DNA of 64,000 bases from Thermoanaerobaculia bacterium (GCA_035536455.1 DATLOC010000010.1:65544-129543), one strand, 5' to 3'; counted from the first letter of the stretch, positions 40,329 through 50,951 are shown. Made by a program: numbers and translations. Notes: generated from the letters alone by a model not told the origin.

Positions 40329-41009
40329 TCAACCGCCGGCCCCGGCCGGCGCCGGACGGCAGTCGCCGGCGCGGAAGCCCTCGGGCGGCGTGAGGACCGC
40401 CGGCGCCGCCCCGAGCGGCTCGCTCAGCACCTGCCGCCAGCGCACCTGCACCCCCTGCCGGCGGTCGGAGAGGATGGCCCAGTCGCCGCGCCGCACCCAG
40501 AGGTAGGCCGGCGTCTCCCCGTCCCACACCGTCCAGCTCGCCACCCGGCCGCCGTCGAGGGTCGCCGTCCAGCGGCGGCCGCCGGCGTCCGCGAAGGCCA
40601 CCTCGCGGCCGCTCTGGCGGGGCGGCGCGGCGGGCTCCCCCGGCACCCGCTCCAGCAGGAGGGCGGGGAGCGACATCAGCGGGAAGGGCGCCAGCGGCAC
40701 GCCCGAGAGGTCGAAGCGCCCCTCGAAGACGCAGTAGGCGCTGCTGCGGTGGTCCAGGAAGAGGCCGCGCTCCGCCTCGACGTCGAGGGTCCAGAGCGCG
40801 CGGCCGACCGGATCGACGGCCCGCACCTGGTAGCGCTCCGGGGAGGCGAGGAGGAGGCTCAGGCGGAAGCTCCCCTCCCCTTGCGTCCCCGAGGTGGTCA
40901 CCCGGTAAAGGCGCTGCGAACCGAGGGCCGCGGCGGGGATCTCCCAGACGGGAGTCTCGGGGTGGTGGACCGGGGCCGGCCCGGCCCCGGCGCAGCCGGC
41001 GAAAAGCAC
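40329..41009 (-). CDS. Hypothetical lipoprotein. The true start is probably upstream of the annotated GTG.
   Basis: The in-frame upstream sequence encodes ...SLKTSLGLAAVLFAGC, a lipoprotein signal ending in a lipobox. The only canonical in-frame start is GTG at 41075, which would overlap the 3' end of the upstream TPR gene. There is an apparent CTG right before KTSLGL. Confidence 0.5.
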   Translation of the reverse strand: MLFAGCAGAGPAPVHHPETPVWEIPAAALGSQRLYRVTTSGTQGEGSFRLSLLLASPERYQVRAVDPVGRALWTLDVEAERGLFLDHRSSAYCVFEGRFDLSGVPLAPFPLMSLPALLLERVPGEPAAPPRQSGREVAFADAGGRRWTATLDGGRVASWTVWDGETPAYLWVRRGDWAILSDRRQGVQVRWRQVLSEPLGAAPAVLTPPEGFRAGDCRPAPAGAGG

Positions 41010-41032
41010 CGCGGCGAGGCCGAGGGAGGTTT

Positions 41033-43027
41033 TCAGGGACGCGCGGTCTCGAGCTCGCGCAGCTTGTTGCGCACCGCGTCGGCGTTCTCGTCGTCGAGGG
41101 CGAGCGCGCGGCGGTAGTGCTGGAGCGCGTCGTCGGCGCGCCCGAGCGCCCGGTAGGTGTCGGCCAGGTGCTCATAGATGGTGGCGTCGCCGGGCTCGAG
41201 CCGCGCCGCCCGCTCGAGGAAGGAGAGGGCCTCCTGGTACTGGCCGAGCTGGAAGTGGGCCCAGCCCAGCGAGTCGACGTAGGCGCCGTTGTCCGGCTCG
41301 AGGGCGACGGCGCGGCGCACCAGGCCGAGCGCCTCCTCCAGCCGCTCCCCCTTCTCGGCCAGCATGTAGCCGAGGTAGTTGAGCGCCGGATGGAAGCCGG
41401 GCTCGATCTCCAGGGCGCGCCGGAAGGCGCTCTCGGCCTCGCCGCGCTCGCCCTCGCGCTCGTGCGCCGCGCCGAGGAGGAAGGCCACCGGGGCGGTGGC
41501 CGGCTGGCGCGCCAGCAGGCGCTCCAGCGGCGCGATCGAGGCCTCGTAGCGCTCCAGGCGGTGGTAGGCCTGGACCGCCGCCAGCACGTCCTCGGGCTTC
41601 TCGGAGGCGGCGAGGTCGGCGAGGAGGGCCTCCCCTTCGGCGCCGCGGCCGGTGCGCACCAGGAGCTCCCCGCGCTTGCCGGCGAAGTCGCGCTCCGCCG
41701 CGCCGGCGTCCCGCTCCTCCAGCAGCTCCAAGGCCTCGGTATACCGCTTCAGCTCGCCCAGGGCGTCGAGGCGCAAGGCTAAGGCCGCAGCCTGTACCTC
41801 CGGATCGGCCGCGCCCGCCAGCTCCGCCGCCGCCTTGACGGCCGCGTCCCACTGCTCCCCTTCGGCGTGCACGCGCACGATCTCGAGCCCCGCCTCCTCG
41901 GCCTCCTTCGCCTTGCCTTCCGCGGCGAGGTCGGCCCGCAGCTCGGCGAGGAGCTCGGCGCCCTCGGCGGCGCGCCCGTCGCGCACCATCAGGCGCGCCT
42001 GCATGCCGGCGAGCGCCAGGTTCGCGGGGTCTTCGCGGCGCAGGCCCGCCAGCAGCTCGCCGGCCTCGCGGTTCTTCCCCTGGGCGGCGAGGACGAGCGC
42101 CTTGAGCAGCACCGGCTGGCGCTCGCCCGGCTCGCGGGCGAGGACCGCCTCGGCGGCCGCCAGCGCCCCCTCGAGGTCGCCGGCGCGGTAGAGGGCCGAG
42201 CCGATCTGCCGCTGCAGGCGGGGGTCGTCCCGCTGCGCCGCCGGCGCGCCGCGCAGGGTGTCGAGCGCCGCGGCGTGGTCGCCGCGCTCGCTCTGGAGGT
42301 CGGCGAGGGTGATGCGCGCCTCGAGCGCCGACGGGTCGCGCGCCAGCAGCTCGGCGAGCGGCACCTCGGCCTCCGCGCCCTTCTTGGCCTTGAGCAGCGC
42401 CTCGATCAGGAAGCCGGTGGCGGCGCGGTTCTCGGGGGTGAGGGCCGCGACGCGGCGGAAGGCCTCGGCGGCGGCTTCCGCGTCGCCGCGGTCGAGCCGC
42501 AGCCGGCCGAGGGCGAAGAGCGCCTGCACGTCCTCGGGATCGAGGCGGGTGAGCGTCTCCAGGACCTCCTCCAGGGCCGCCGGCGCTTCGGGGCTGGCGG
42601 CGGCGAGGTCGAGGTAGACCTCCGCGGCGCCGCGCAGCACGTCGAGCGACTCGGGCGCCAGCTCCCGCGCCCGCCCGACCGCGCGCGACGCCTCGGCCAG
42701 CCGCTCGGCCGCGCCCGGCCCGCGCGCCACCCGTGCCGCGCGGACGATCAGTTGGGCGCGCTCGAGCGGGATGAACGGGTCGCGCGGATCGAGCCGCTCG
42801 GCCTCGGCGAAGGCGGCGAGGGCGGCGTCGTACTCCCCTTCGCCGGCGAGGGCCTTGGCGAGAGCGAAGTGATACGCGGCGGTGTCGGAGTCGGTGGCGG
42901 CGGGCGTCTGGGCGAGGGCCGGCGCCGGGAGGAGGAGCAAAAGGAGCGCGCAAACCGGCTTCACGGCGAGAGGATAGCGCGCGCGCCGGCGCTTGCCAAG
43001 GCGACGACGCCGCTCGTATAATTCCAT
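41033..43027 (-). CDS. Secreted TPR-repeat protein (664 aa)
   Basis: ATG at 43027 with AGGAG SD. Signal peptide MELYERRRRLGKRRRARYPLAVKPVCALLLLLLPAPALA. More than 12 TPR units through to ...NYLGYMLAEKG...YVDSLGWAHFQLGQYQEAL. The ORF-track extension to 44206 is read-through. Confidence 0.8.
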   Translation of the reverse strand: MELYERRRRLGKRRRARYPLAVKPVCALLLLLLPAPALAQTPAATDSDTAAYHFALAKALAGEGEYDAALAAFAEAERLDPRDPFIPLERAQLIVRAARVARGPGAAERLAEASRAVGRARELAPESLDVLRGAAEVYLDLAAASPEAPAALEEVLETLTRLDPEDVQALFALGRLRLDRGDAEAAAEAFRRVAALTPENRAATGFLIEALLKAKKGAEAEVPLAELLARDPSALEARITLADLQSERGDHAAALDTLRGAPAAQRDDPRLQRQIGSALYRAGDLEGALAAAEAVLAREPGERQPVLLKALVLAAQGKNREAGELLAGLRREDPANLALAGMQARLMVRDGRAAEGAELLAELRADLAAEGKAKEAEEAGLEIVRVHAEGEQWDAAVKAAAELAGAADPEVQAAALALRLDALGELKRYTEALELLEERDAGAAERDFAGKRGELLVRTGRGAEGEALLADLAASEKPEDVLAAVQAYHRLERYEASIAPLERLLARQPATAPVAFLLGAAHEREGERGEAESAFRRALEIEPGFHPALNYLGYMLAEKGERLEEALGLVRRAVALEPDNGAYVDSLGWAHFQLGQYQEALSFLERAARLEPGDATIYEHLADTYRALGRADDALQHYRRALALDDENADAVRNKLRELETARP

Positions 43028-43093
43028 ACTTACTCCTAAGTCGCTGGCCTCCAATGGCTTAGAGGTACCAATCTGAAACCGTCCGCGGCCTCG

Positions 43094-44425
43094 ATGAACA
43101 AGCTCGGTCAGCTGCTCGTGACGCGCGGCTGGATCAGCGTGCAGCAACTGACGCGCGCGCTCAAGAACCAGCAGGCCGTTGGCGGCCAGCTCGGCACGTG
43201 CCTGCTCGAGATGGAGGCGCTGAGCGAGGACCTGCTGCTGAAGGGGCTGGCTGAGCAGCTCGGCGTGCCGGCGGCCGGCGTCGACGACCTGCGCAGCGTC
43301 GCGGAGGACGCGCTCGCCCTGCTGCCGCCGAAGGTGGCACGGCGCTGCCGCGCCGTCCCCATCCGCGTCGCCGGCGGGCGGCTCGACGTGGCGATGCTCG
43401 ATCCGCACAACCTCACCGCCCAGGACGAGCTGGCCTTCGCCACCGGCAAGCGGGTGCGGGTGCACGTGCTCCACGAGGCACGCATCCACGAGGCGCTCGA
43501 CCGCTACTACGGCGAGGAGCCGCCGCTGCGCTTCGTCCATCTGCTGGACCGCCTGAACCGCGCGCGCTACCTCTGGGAGCGCGAGTCGCAGGCGGGCGAG
43601 CCGGCGGCCGCGGCCCCGGTCGCGGCGGCGCTCGGCGGCCGGCCGGGGCTCGGCGCGACCGCGCCCGTCCGGACGATCGAGGGCGAGTGGGAGCTGTCCC
43701 TGCCGGAGCTGTCCGAGCCGGCGGCGCCGCCGCCGCCCCGGGACGCCAAGCCGCGGCCGGCGGTCGTCGCCACGCCGGTCCCGAAACCGGCGCCGGCCGC
43801 GAAACCGGCCCCGCCGCCGCCCGCGCCGGCGGAGCCGGAGCCCGCCCGGCCGCGCACGGTGGCGCTCACCGTCTCCGAGCGCGCCGCGCTGGGGGCCGGG
43901 CCGGGAGAGGCGCCACCTTCCCCGAGCCTCGCTTCTCTGCCCGAGCTGGAGGAGGCGCTGACGGCAGCCGCCGGGCGCGACGAGATCGGGCGCCTCCTCG
44001 TCGCCTTCCTGGCGCCGACCTACCGCCGCGTCGCCCTGCTGCAGGTGGCGCGCGAGCGGGTCGCCGGCTGGCTGGCGCAGGGCGAGGGGATCGATCCCGA
44101 GCGCTTCGCGCGCTTCGCCGTCGGCTTCGACCAGCCGTCGGCCTTCTTGAACCTCCGCCAGGGGAGCGGCCTCCACCTCGGCCCGCTCGCCGACATGCCG
44201 GCGCACCGCGAGCTGGCCGCCTGCTGGGGCGGCCAGCTGCCGCGCGAGTGCCTGCTCCTGCCGGTCCGCCTGCGCGACCGGCTGGTGACCGTGCTCTACC
44301 TCGACGCCGCCGGCGGCCCGCTCGGCCGCGTCGACCTCGAGGGGTTGCAGCGGCTGGCGGCGGCGGTGGCGCGGGCCCTGGAGCGCCTCATCCTGCAGAA
44401 GAAGAAGGGGAGCGCCGCACGCTGA
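43094..44425 (+). CDS. MshEN / T2SS-GspE N-terminal-domain protein (probable c-di-GMP-binding adaptor) with a Pro-rich linker and a C-terminal domain of unknown function
   Basis: N-terminus LGQLLVTRGWISVQQLTRALKNQQAVGGQLGTCLLEMEALSEDLLLKGLAEQLGVP matches the GspE-N/MshEN fold. [19 protein letters not shown] linker. Confidence 0.6.
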   Translation: MNKLGQLLVTRGWISVQQLTRALKNQQAVGGQLGTCLLEMEALSEDLLLKGLAEQLGVPAAGVDDLRSVAEDALALLPPKVARRCRAVPIRVAGGRLDVAMLDPHNLTAQDELAFATGKRVRVHVLHEARIHEALDRYYGEEPPLRFVHLLDRLNRARYLWERESQAGEPAAAAPVAAALGGRPGLGATAPVRTIEGEWELSLPELSEPAAPPPPRDAKPRPAVVATPVPKPAPAAKPAPPPPAPAEPEPARPRTVALTVSERAALGAGPGEAPPSPSLASLPELEEALTAAAGRDEIGRLLVAFLAPTYRRVALLQVARERVAGWLAQGEGIDPERFARFAVGFDQPSAFLNLRQGSGLHLGPLADMPAHRELAACWGGQLPRECLLLPVRLRDRLVTVLYLDAAGGPLGRVDLEGLQRLAAAVARALERLILQKKKGSAAR

Positions 44426-44447
44426 GCGGGAACCCGCCGCCCGGACC

Positions 44448-46581
44448 GGTGGACGTCATCGTGCCGGTCTACGCGGCGGCCGAGGAGCTCGCCGCCTGCC
44501 TGGCGAGCCTCGAGCGCCACACCGACCTCCACCGCCACCGGCTGGTCGTCGTCGACGACGCCGGCCCCGGCTTCGATCCGGCGCCGGTCGCGGCGCTGGC
44601 GGCGCGGCTCGCGGCCGCCGCCCCGCCGGCGGGCGCCGGTGCGGACAGCGGCGTCCTCCTGCTCCGCAACGCGAAGCGGCGGGGCTTCGTGGCCAGCGTC
44701 AACCGCGGCATGGCGCTGTCGGGGCGCGACGTCGTGCTGCTCAACAGCGACACGGTCGTGACCCGCGGCTGGCTCGAGAAGCTGCAGGCGGCCGCCCTCT
44801 CGGCGCCGGACGTCGCCACCGCCACGCCGTTCTCCAACCACGCCACCATCTGCTCGCTCCCCCGCTTCCTCGAGATCAACGCCCTCCCCGCCGGCTGGGA
44901 CCTGAACGCCTTCGCCGCGCTGGTCGAGCGCGCGGCGGCGCGCGAGCGCCCGCCCCTCCCCACCGGGATCGGCGTCTGTCTCTACATCCGCCGCGCGGCG
45001 CTCGAGCGCGTCGGTCCGTTCGACGAGCGGGCCTTCGGCCTCGGCTACGGCGAGGAGAGCGACTTCTGCTGCCGCGCCACGGCGGCCGGCTGGCGGCACG
45101 TGCTCGACGACGCGACCTTCATCTGGCACGCCGGCCAGAGCAGCTTCGGGGCGTCGCGGGGAGCGCGCGTGCGCGCCGCCCACCGGGTGATGCGCCGCCG
45201 CCACCCCGGCTACCTGCCGGCCGTGGCGCGCTTCATCGCCGAGGACCCGCTGGCGCCGGCGCGCGAGCGGGTGATCGCGGCGCTGCGGCCGCGCCGGCAG
45301 CGGCCGCCCCGCGGCCCGCGCCGGGTGGTCCACCTCGTCCACGGCTGGCCTCCCTGGAGCCCGGCCGGCACCGAGACCTACGCCCGCGGCCTCGCCCTGC
45401 GCCAGGCCGAGCGGCGGGAGGTGGCGGTCTACGCCCGCTCCGCGGACCCGCGCCGCGGCAAGGGCGAAGCGCTCGAGCTGCTCGACGGCGGCGCCCGGGT
45501 CCGTCTCGTCACCAACAACTTCACGCAGCGCGACCCGCTGTCGCGCAACGCCATCCGCGACCGCGCCTTCGACGCCGACTTCGCGCGCCTGCTCGACGAG
45601 GCGCGCCCCGAGCTGGTGCACGTCCACCACCTGGCCGGCCACGCCTTCTCGCTGACCCGCGCCGCGGCGCGGCGGCGTGTCCCCCTGCTCTACCAGGTCC
45701 AGGACTGGTGGACGCCCTGCGCCCGCGCCAACCTGCTCGACCACCGGCGGCGGCTGTGCAGCGGGCCCGGGCTCGGCAAGTGCGCGGCCTGCCTGCCGCT
45801 CACGCGGCGGCCGCCCGCCGGGCTCTGGAACCGCCTGCTGTATGCCGAGCGCGGGCGCGCGGCGCGCGCCGCCTTTCGCCGCGCCGACGCCTGGCTCATA
45901 GGATCGCACGCCATCCGCGACAGCTACCTCGCGCTCGGGCTGCTGCGCCCCGAGGACCCCGCGTACGTCATCCCGTACGGCGTCGAGACGCCGCCCCGAG
46001 CGCCGCGCCCGACGCGCGCCGAGAGAGACCCGTTGCGCTGCGGCGTCATCGGGTCGCTCATGCCGCACAAGGGGGCGCACGTCGCCGCGGCCGCCTTCCG
46101 CGCCATCGATCCGGCGCGCGCCCGCCTGACCGTCTGGGGGGACCGGACGATCGACCCCGCCTACGCCGCCGAGGTCGAGGCGCTGGGGGGCGGCCGGGTC
46201 GAGATCCGGCCCCCCTTCGCCGAGGCGGAGAAGCCGGCGCTCTTCGCGACGCTCGACCTGCTCGTCGTCCCCTCGCTGGGGCTGGAGTCCTTCGGCCTGG
46301 TGGCCCGCGAGGCGCTCCACCATGGCGTGCCGGTGCTGGCGAGCCGCCGCGGCGCCCTCGCCGAGCTGTGGGCCGACTCGCCGGGCGAGGCGGCGGGCGC
46401 GCTCTTCGACCCCGAGCGCCCCGAGGAGCTGCGCGCCTGGGTCGAGCGGCTGATCGCCGAGCCGGAGCTGCTCGCCGCATGGCGGGCCCGTCTGCCGGCG
46501 GTCAAGGGCATGGACGAGCACGCCGAAGAGATCGAGGAGGTCTACGAGCGGGTGCTGGCAGGGAAGAAGAGGGCGGGGTAA
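44448..46581 (+). CDS. Bifunctional glycosyltransferase: N-terminal GT2 fused to C-terminal GT1/GT4
   Basis: VIVPVYAA...VVVDDAG...NSDT (GT-A/GT2), then ...LVVPSLGLESFGLVAREALHHGVPVLASRRGAL (GT4 ExxxxxxE region). Start uncertain: GTG at 44448, or CTG overlapping the upstream stop. Confidence 0.8.
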
Positions 46582-46588
46582 GGAAGAA

Positions 46589-47830
46589 ATGAGCCTCGTG
46601 CCGACGGCGCTGCGCGTGATGCGGGCGGAGGGGCTGCTGGCCGTGCGCGACCGGACGCTGGATCGGATGGCCGAGGCGCGGCGGCGGCGGGCGTTCCGGG
46701 TGGCGGAGCGCGCGCCAGCGGGGTTCCGCGCCGAGACCCTCGACCTCCTCCCTACCCCGCCCTTCCCCTGGCTCGGCGGCGTGCAGACGCAGCTCCTGCA
46801 CCGCCTGGAGCGGGAAGCGCGCGCGGGGAGCACGGCCCTCCTCTACCCCGACGGCGCCCGCTCCCGCCTGGAGCTGGCCGCCGGCGAGCGACGGACGGCG
46901 CTCTACCTGAACGCTTGGTCCCGCGACATGACGGCGCTCGAGGACCCGGCGCTGGAGGAGGCGGCGCTCGGCGGTCTCGAGGCCAGCGGCGCCGAGCGGC
47001 TGCACGTGGAGGGGCTCGCGGGGCTGCCGCTCGGCTCGCTCCTCGCGCTCGGCCGCCGCGGCGTGCGGCTGTCGATCGCCCTTCACGACTTCGCCCCCTT
47101 CTGTCCGCGCCCGCACCTGCTCGAACGGCCGCAGCTCGCGTTCTGCCATTACTCGCGCGATCCGCACCGCTGCGCCCGTTGTCTCAACGAAGACTGGCGG
47201 GTGGAGGTCGGCTGGCAGGAGGGGCGGCGCGCGCTCGCGGCGGAGCTGCTGGCCGGCGCGGAGCGCATCGCCTACCCGTCGGCGTTCCTCCGTTCGACCT
47301 GCCTGGATCTTTTTCCCGGTCTGCCGCCGGAGCGACAGGTGGTCGTCGCGCCGGACGACCCGCCGGCGCTCCCGGCTCACCGCACCCCTGCCCAGCCCCC
47401 CCGCCACATCGCCTACGTCGGCAGCGTCCTCCCCCACAAGGGCGCGCTGGTCTTCGAGGAGGTCGTGCGGCGGCTGGGGCGCGGCGGGGCGGCGGGCGTG
47501 CGCTGGAGCGCCTACGGCGGCGGCGACGCGGCGCTGCTGGCGCGCCTGCGGCGCCTGCCGCGAGTGCGCGTCCGCGGCTACTACCGGAGCGGCTCCCTCC
47601 CCCGCCTCCTGGCCGCCGACGAGGTGGACCTGGCGCTGCTGCTGTCGATCGTCCCGGAGTCCTACGGCTTCACCCTGTCGGAGTGCCGTGCCGCGGGCGT
47701 GCCGGTGGTGGCTTTCGACCTCGGGGCGCTGGGCGAGCGGGTGCGCGCCGAAGCGGGGGGCACGCTGGTGCCGCTCGCCGAGGGCGCCGCGGGCGTCGCC
47801 GCCCGCCTCGGCGAGCTCCTGGGCGGCTAG
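46589..47830 (+). CDS. Glycosyltransferase family 1 (GT4-like)
   Basis: ...LLLSIVPESYGFTLSECRAAGVPVVAFDLGALGE is the GT4 C-terminal motif. 413 aa. Confidence 0.75.
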   Translation: MSLVPTALRVMRAEGLLAVRDRTLDRMAEARRRRAFRVAERAPAGFRAETLDLLPTPPFPWLGGVQTQLLHRLEREARAGSTALLYPDGARSRLELAAGERRTALYLNAWSRDMTALEDPALEEAALGGLEASGAERLHVEGLAGLPLGSLLALGRRGVRLSIALHDFAPFCPRPHLLERPQLAFCHYSRDPHRCARCLNEDWRVEVGWQEGRRALAAELLAGAERIAYPSAFLRSTCLDLFPGLPPERQVVVAPDDPPALPAHRTPAQPPRHIAYVGSVLPHKGALVFEEVVRRLGRGGAAGVRWSAYGGGDAALLARLRRLPRVRVRGYYRSGSLPRLLAADEVDLALLLSIVPESYGFTLSECRAAGVPVVAFDLGALGERVRAEAGGTLVPLAEGAAGVAARLGELLGG

Positions 47831-49266
47831 GGCGCCGGCTCCTCGCGCCGGGCGACCGCGATCATCCCCAGGCCCGGCCAGGGCAGGACGCGGTCGGCGC
47901 GGCGCACCAGCGGCACCAGCATGTTGAAGAGCTTGAGCTGTACGCGGCTGAAGTGACGCCGCTTGAGCGCCACGCCGTTGATCCACCAGCCGGGGACGGC
48001 GGCGCGGTTGAAGTCGCGTACCGCCTCCAGCCGGAACCCGGCCGCGGCGAGCTCCCGTTCGAGCATCGGGCGGTCGTAGCGGGTGCGATGCCCCAGCACC
48101 TCGTCGAGGCTGGAGTAGAGGCGCTGCCCGGCGGGGACGTAGAGCACGAGCCGGCCGCCGGGGGCGAGCGCGCCGTGCATGTTGCGCAGCGCCGGCAACG
48201 GGTCGCGCACGTGCTCGAGGACGTTGAGGCAGATCACGGTGTCGAAGGCGCCGCGCCAGGGTGCGAGGTCTTCCGGCTCCTCGACGTCGACGCGGGCGAC
48301 CTCGAGGTAGGGCTTGCCGAGCGCCAGGTTGCGCAGGTAGGCGAGGTAGTGCGGGTTGATGTCGCTCGCCAGGTAGCGGTCGCGCGGCAGCAGCCACGAG
48401 GTGATGTTGCCGATCCCGGCGCCGATCTCCAGCACCCGCGCGCCGACGTGCGGCGCGATCGACTCCGCCATCCAGCGGTTGAAGCGCTGCGCCCGCTCCA
48501 GGCTGTGCAGGATGTGCGAGCCGTACTCGTCCTCGGCATAGAGGTCGTCGACGAGCTTGTACTTGAGGATGGCCTTGATGGCCTTGAAGCCGTCGCGCCA
48601 GCCGATCTTCTTCCCCTCGCGGTAGGTGCGCCCGAGGTAGCTGATCGGCACTTCGAAGATGCGCACGTCGCGCTTGGCGATCTTGGCGGTGATCTCGGGC
48701 TCCATCGCGAAGTCGTTCGAGCGGATCGGGATCGACTTGAGCAGCGGCGCCCGGAACATCTTGTAGCAGGTCTCCATGTCGGTGAGGTTGAGGTCCGTCG
48801 CCCAGTTGCTCAGACCGGTGAGCAGCCGGTTGCCGAGCGCGTGCCGGTGGTAGAGGACGCGCCGCCGCTCGCTGGGCAGGAAGCGCGAGCCGTAGACGAC
48901 GTCGGCGCCGTCCTCGAGGAACGGCCGCACCAGCCGCGCGTAGTCGCGCGGGTCGTACTCGAGGTCCGCGTCCTGGAAGACGATGAGGTCGCCCGTCGCC
49001 TCGGCGATGCCGCGGCGGATGGCGCTCCCCTTCCCCTGGTTGCGCCCCTGCTCGAGCAGGCGCACCCGGTCCGGGTGGGCGGCGGCCAGTTGGCGGAGCA
49101 CGTCCAGGCTGCCGTCGGTCGAGCCGTCGTCGACGAGCAGGAGCTCGAGCTCGCGCACCTCCGGCATCTCGACCGCCAGCACCCGGGCGACGAGCTCGCC
49201 GACCAGGTAGCGCTCGTTGTAGACCGGGACGACGACGGAGAGCTTGGGCGCGAACTCGCGCTTCAC
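47827..49266 (-). CDS. Bifunctional GT2 glycosyltransferase (DPM1/GtrB-like) fused to a class I SAM methyltransferase
   Basis: LSVVVPVYNERYLV...LLLVDDGSTDGS...QDADLEYDP (GT2), then VLEIGAGIGNITSWL (MTase motif I). Confidence 0.85.
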   Translation of the reverse strand: MKREFAPKLSVVVPVYNERYLVGELVARVLAVEMPEVRELELLLVDDGSTDGSLDVLRQLAAAHPDRVRLLEQGRNQGKGSAIRRGIAEATGDLIVFQDADLEYDPRDYARLVRPFLEDGADVVYGSRFLPSERRRVLYHRHALGNRLLTGLSNWATDLNLTDMETCYKMFRAPLLKSIPIRSNDFAMEPEITAKIAKRDVRIFEVPISYLGRTYREGKKIGWRDGFKAIKAILKYKLVDDLYAEDEYGSHILHSLERAQRFNRWMAESIAPHVGARVLEIGAGIGNITSWLLPRDRYLASDINPHYLAYLRNLALGKPYLEVARVDVEEPEDLAPWRGAFDTVICLNVLEHVRDPLPALRNMHGALAPGGRLVLYVPAGQRLYSSLDEVLGHRTRYDRPMLERELAAAGFRLEAVRDFNRAAVPGWWINGVALKRRHFSRVQLKLFNMLVPLVRRADRVLPWPGLGMIAVARREEPAP

Positions 49267-49380
49267 ATCTGGCCTCGCGGGGCGGAGGGTAGCATCGGCG
49301 CCGAGAGGGTGCGCCCGGCCAGAAGCAGAGCGGCCGCCCGCAGGCGGCCGCTAGACCCGGAGGGTGGGAGGGCGAGAGGG

Positions 49381-49890
49381 CTACTCGAAGTAGCCGGTCA
49401 CGTCGAGCACGACGTGCGCGGTGTTGTTGTTGGAGATGTTCGGAGTCTCGGTGTCGCCCCAAATGATGTGGAGGTCGGCGTTATTGCTCGAGAGAGGCAC
49501 GATCGCGCCATTAGCGATCACCGACTCGCCGGTGTTGAAGTTGATCGTTGAAAACCCCGAGAACCAGACGTTGGAGGGCGAAATGGCGAGCCAGCCGGCG
49601 GCGGTAGGAGCCACCACCGTGATGTTCAAGGTGGCCGCCTTCGCTCCCACGGGTATGCCGCAGTTGCCCTGGACCTTGAACTGCCTCGGCGAGTAGTCGA
49701 AGATCACCGGGCCGGCGTTCAGCCCGTTGGGGGTGTTTCGGGTGTCGGCCACCCGACAGGGACTCACCGCATAGAACTGGTAGGGGCCTTCGCCCTGCGC
49801 CATCGCCGCCGCCGTCGACGCCAGCAAGAGAGCGACCGTCGCGAGCCAACGAACCGCACCGCACCGCTTGATCCCGTTCACGAGTAGCAC
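49381..49890 (-). CDS. Secreted hypothetical protein (169 aa), lower-GC segment
   Basis: Signal peptide ...WLATVALLLASTAAAMA. N/T/S/G-rich beta-type composition. Confidence 0.5.
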   Translation of the reverse strand: MLLVNGIKRCGAVRWLATVALLLASTAAAMAQGEGPYQFYAVSPCRVADTRNTPNGLNAGPVIFDYSPRQFKVQGNCGIPVGAKAATLNITVVAPTAAGWLAISPSNVWFSGFSTINFNTGESVIANGAIVPLSSNNADLHIIWGDTETPNISNNNTAHVVLDVTGYFE

Positions 49891-50060
49891 CTCCTAGGGT
49901 TTCGAGCGCCGAGAATACCACGCCAGTCGGGTGCAGGGTGTTGTCGGCGTCACAAACACAACCCCCCTGGGGGGAATTCCACAGCAAGGTTCCTGACTCC
50001 TAGTCCCATACTAGCATAAACCAAGGAGGGCTGAGGCTGAGCGTACCCCCACGCCTGTCC

Positions 50061-50936
50061 GTGGTCGTGCCGACGCACGACACTCGGGAGCTGACCCTGC
50101 GCTGTGTCACCGCGCTCCAGGGGTCGCGGGAACCCCTGGAGGTCCTCGTCGTGGACGACGCCAGCTCCGACGGCACTGGCGACGCCCTGGCCGCCCGCTT
50201 CCCTCATGTCGCGGTGCTCCGCTGCCCTGCCAGGACGGGCTTCACGCGCGCAGCGAACAGCGGGCTCGCGCGGGCGCAAGGAGAGATCGTCCTCCTCCTC
50301 AACAGCGACACCGAGGTCGAGCCTGGCGCCCTGACGGCGCTTCTCGCCGCTTTCGACGCGGATCATCGTCTGGGAGCGGCGGGGGGCTTGCTGCACTACC
50401 CCGACGGGAGCGCGCAGTGGAGCGGGGGGCGCGAGCCCGGCCTGTTCTGGCTGGCGGCGCTGGCGAGCGGCCTACCCAGGGCCCTGGCGCGATGGCCGGC
50501 CTACCGGCGGTGGAAGCCGGTGGGTGCCCGCGCCGGCGGGAGAGTGGACTGGGTGACCGGCGCGGCGCTGGCGGTTCGTCGTCGTGCTCTCGCCGAGGTG
50601 GGCTCCCTTGACGAGCGCTTCCGCTTCTACGCCCAGGACCTGGATCTCTGCTTGCGGCTGCGCGATGCGGGTTGGGGGATCGCGCTGCTCGCCGACTTCC
50701 GCGTCCTCCACCATCACGGCGCCACGATCGGCAAGGAGGCGGGCGCGGCCGAAGGGCGCCAGCACGCCGAGCTCCTCTGGCGCGACCTCTTGCGGTGGGC
50801 CGCCAAGAGACATGGGGAGCGGTGGGCTCGGCGGGCGGCTCTTGCCCTTTGGCTCGGCGGGACGGCGCGTCTCCTGTCGCTGCGCTTGCGCGATGTCTTC
50901 GCAGGGGGCTCTGGAGATCGACCGCATCGGAAGTAG
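50061..50936 (+). CDS. Glycosyltransferase family 2. The annotated GTG start may be wrong: a consensus SD is followed by an in-frame CTG at 50037.
   Basis: VVVPTHDTREL...VLVVDDASSDGT...LNSDTEV (GT2). Upstream AAGGAGGG (50023-50030), then 7 nt, then CTG AGC GTA CCC CCA CGC CTG TCC, which would add a typical (M)SVPPRLS N-terminus. Confidence 0.8.
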   Translation: MVVPTHDTRELTLRCVTALQGSREPLEVLVVDDASSDGTGDALAARFPHVAVLRCPARTGFTRAANSGLARAQGEIVLLLNSDTEVEPGALTALLAAFDADHRLGAAGGLLHYPDGSAQWSGGREPGLFWLAALASGLPRALARWPAYRRWKPVGARAGGRVDWVTGAALAVRRRALAEVGSLDERFRFYAQDLDLCLRLRDAGWGIALLADFRVLHHHGATIGKEAGAAEGRQHAELLWRDLLRWAAKRHGERWARRAALALWLGGTARLLSLRLRDVFAGGSGDRPHRK

Positions 50937-50951
50937 TAACCTCACGCTCGC

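Noticed and set aside
41172-49551. Large overlapping ORFs antisense or off-frame to the TPR gene and glycosyltransferase genes (41172..42953, 44296..46833, 46502..49462, 46915..49551, 43687..46581 N-terminal part)
   Set aside because: Arg/Gly-rich low-complexity translations. The chosen frames have GT2/GT4/MTase motifs.
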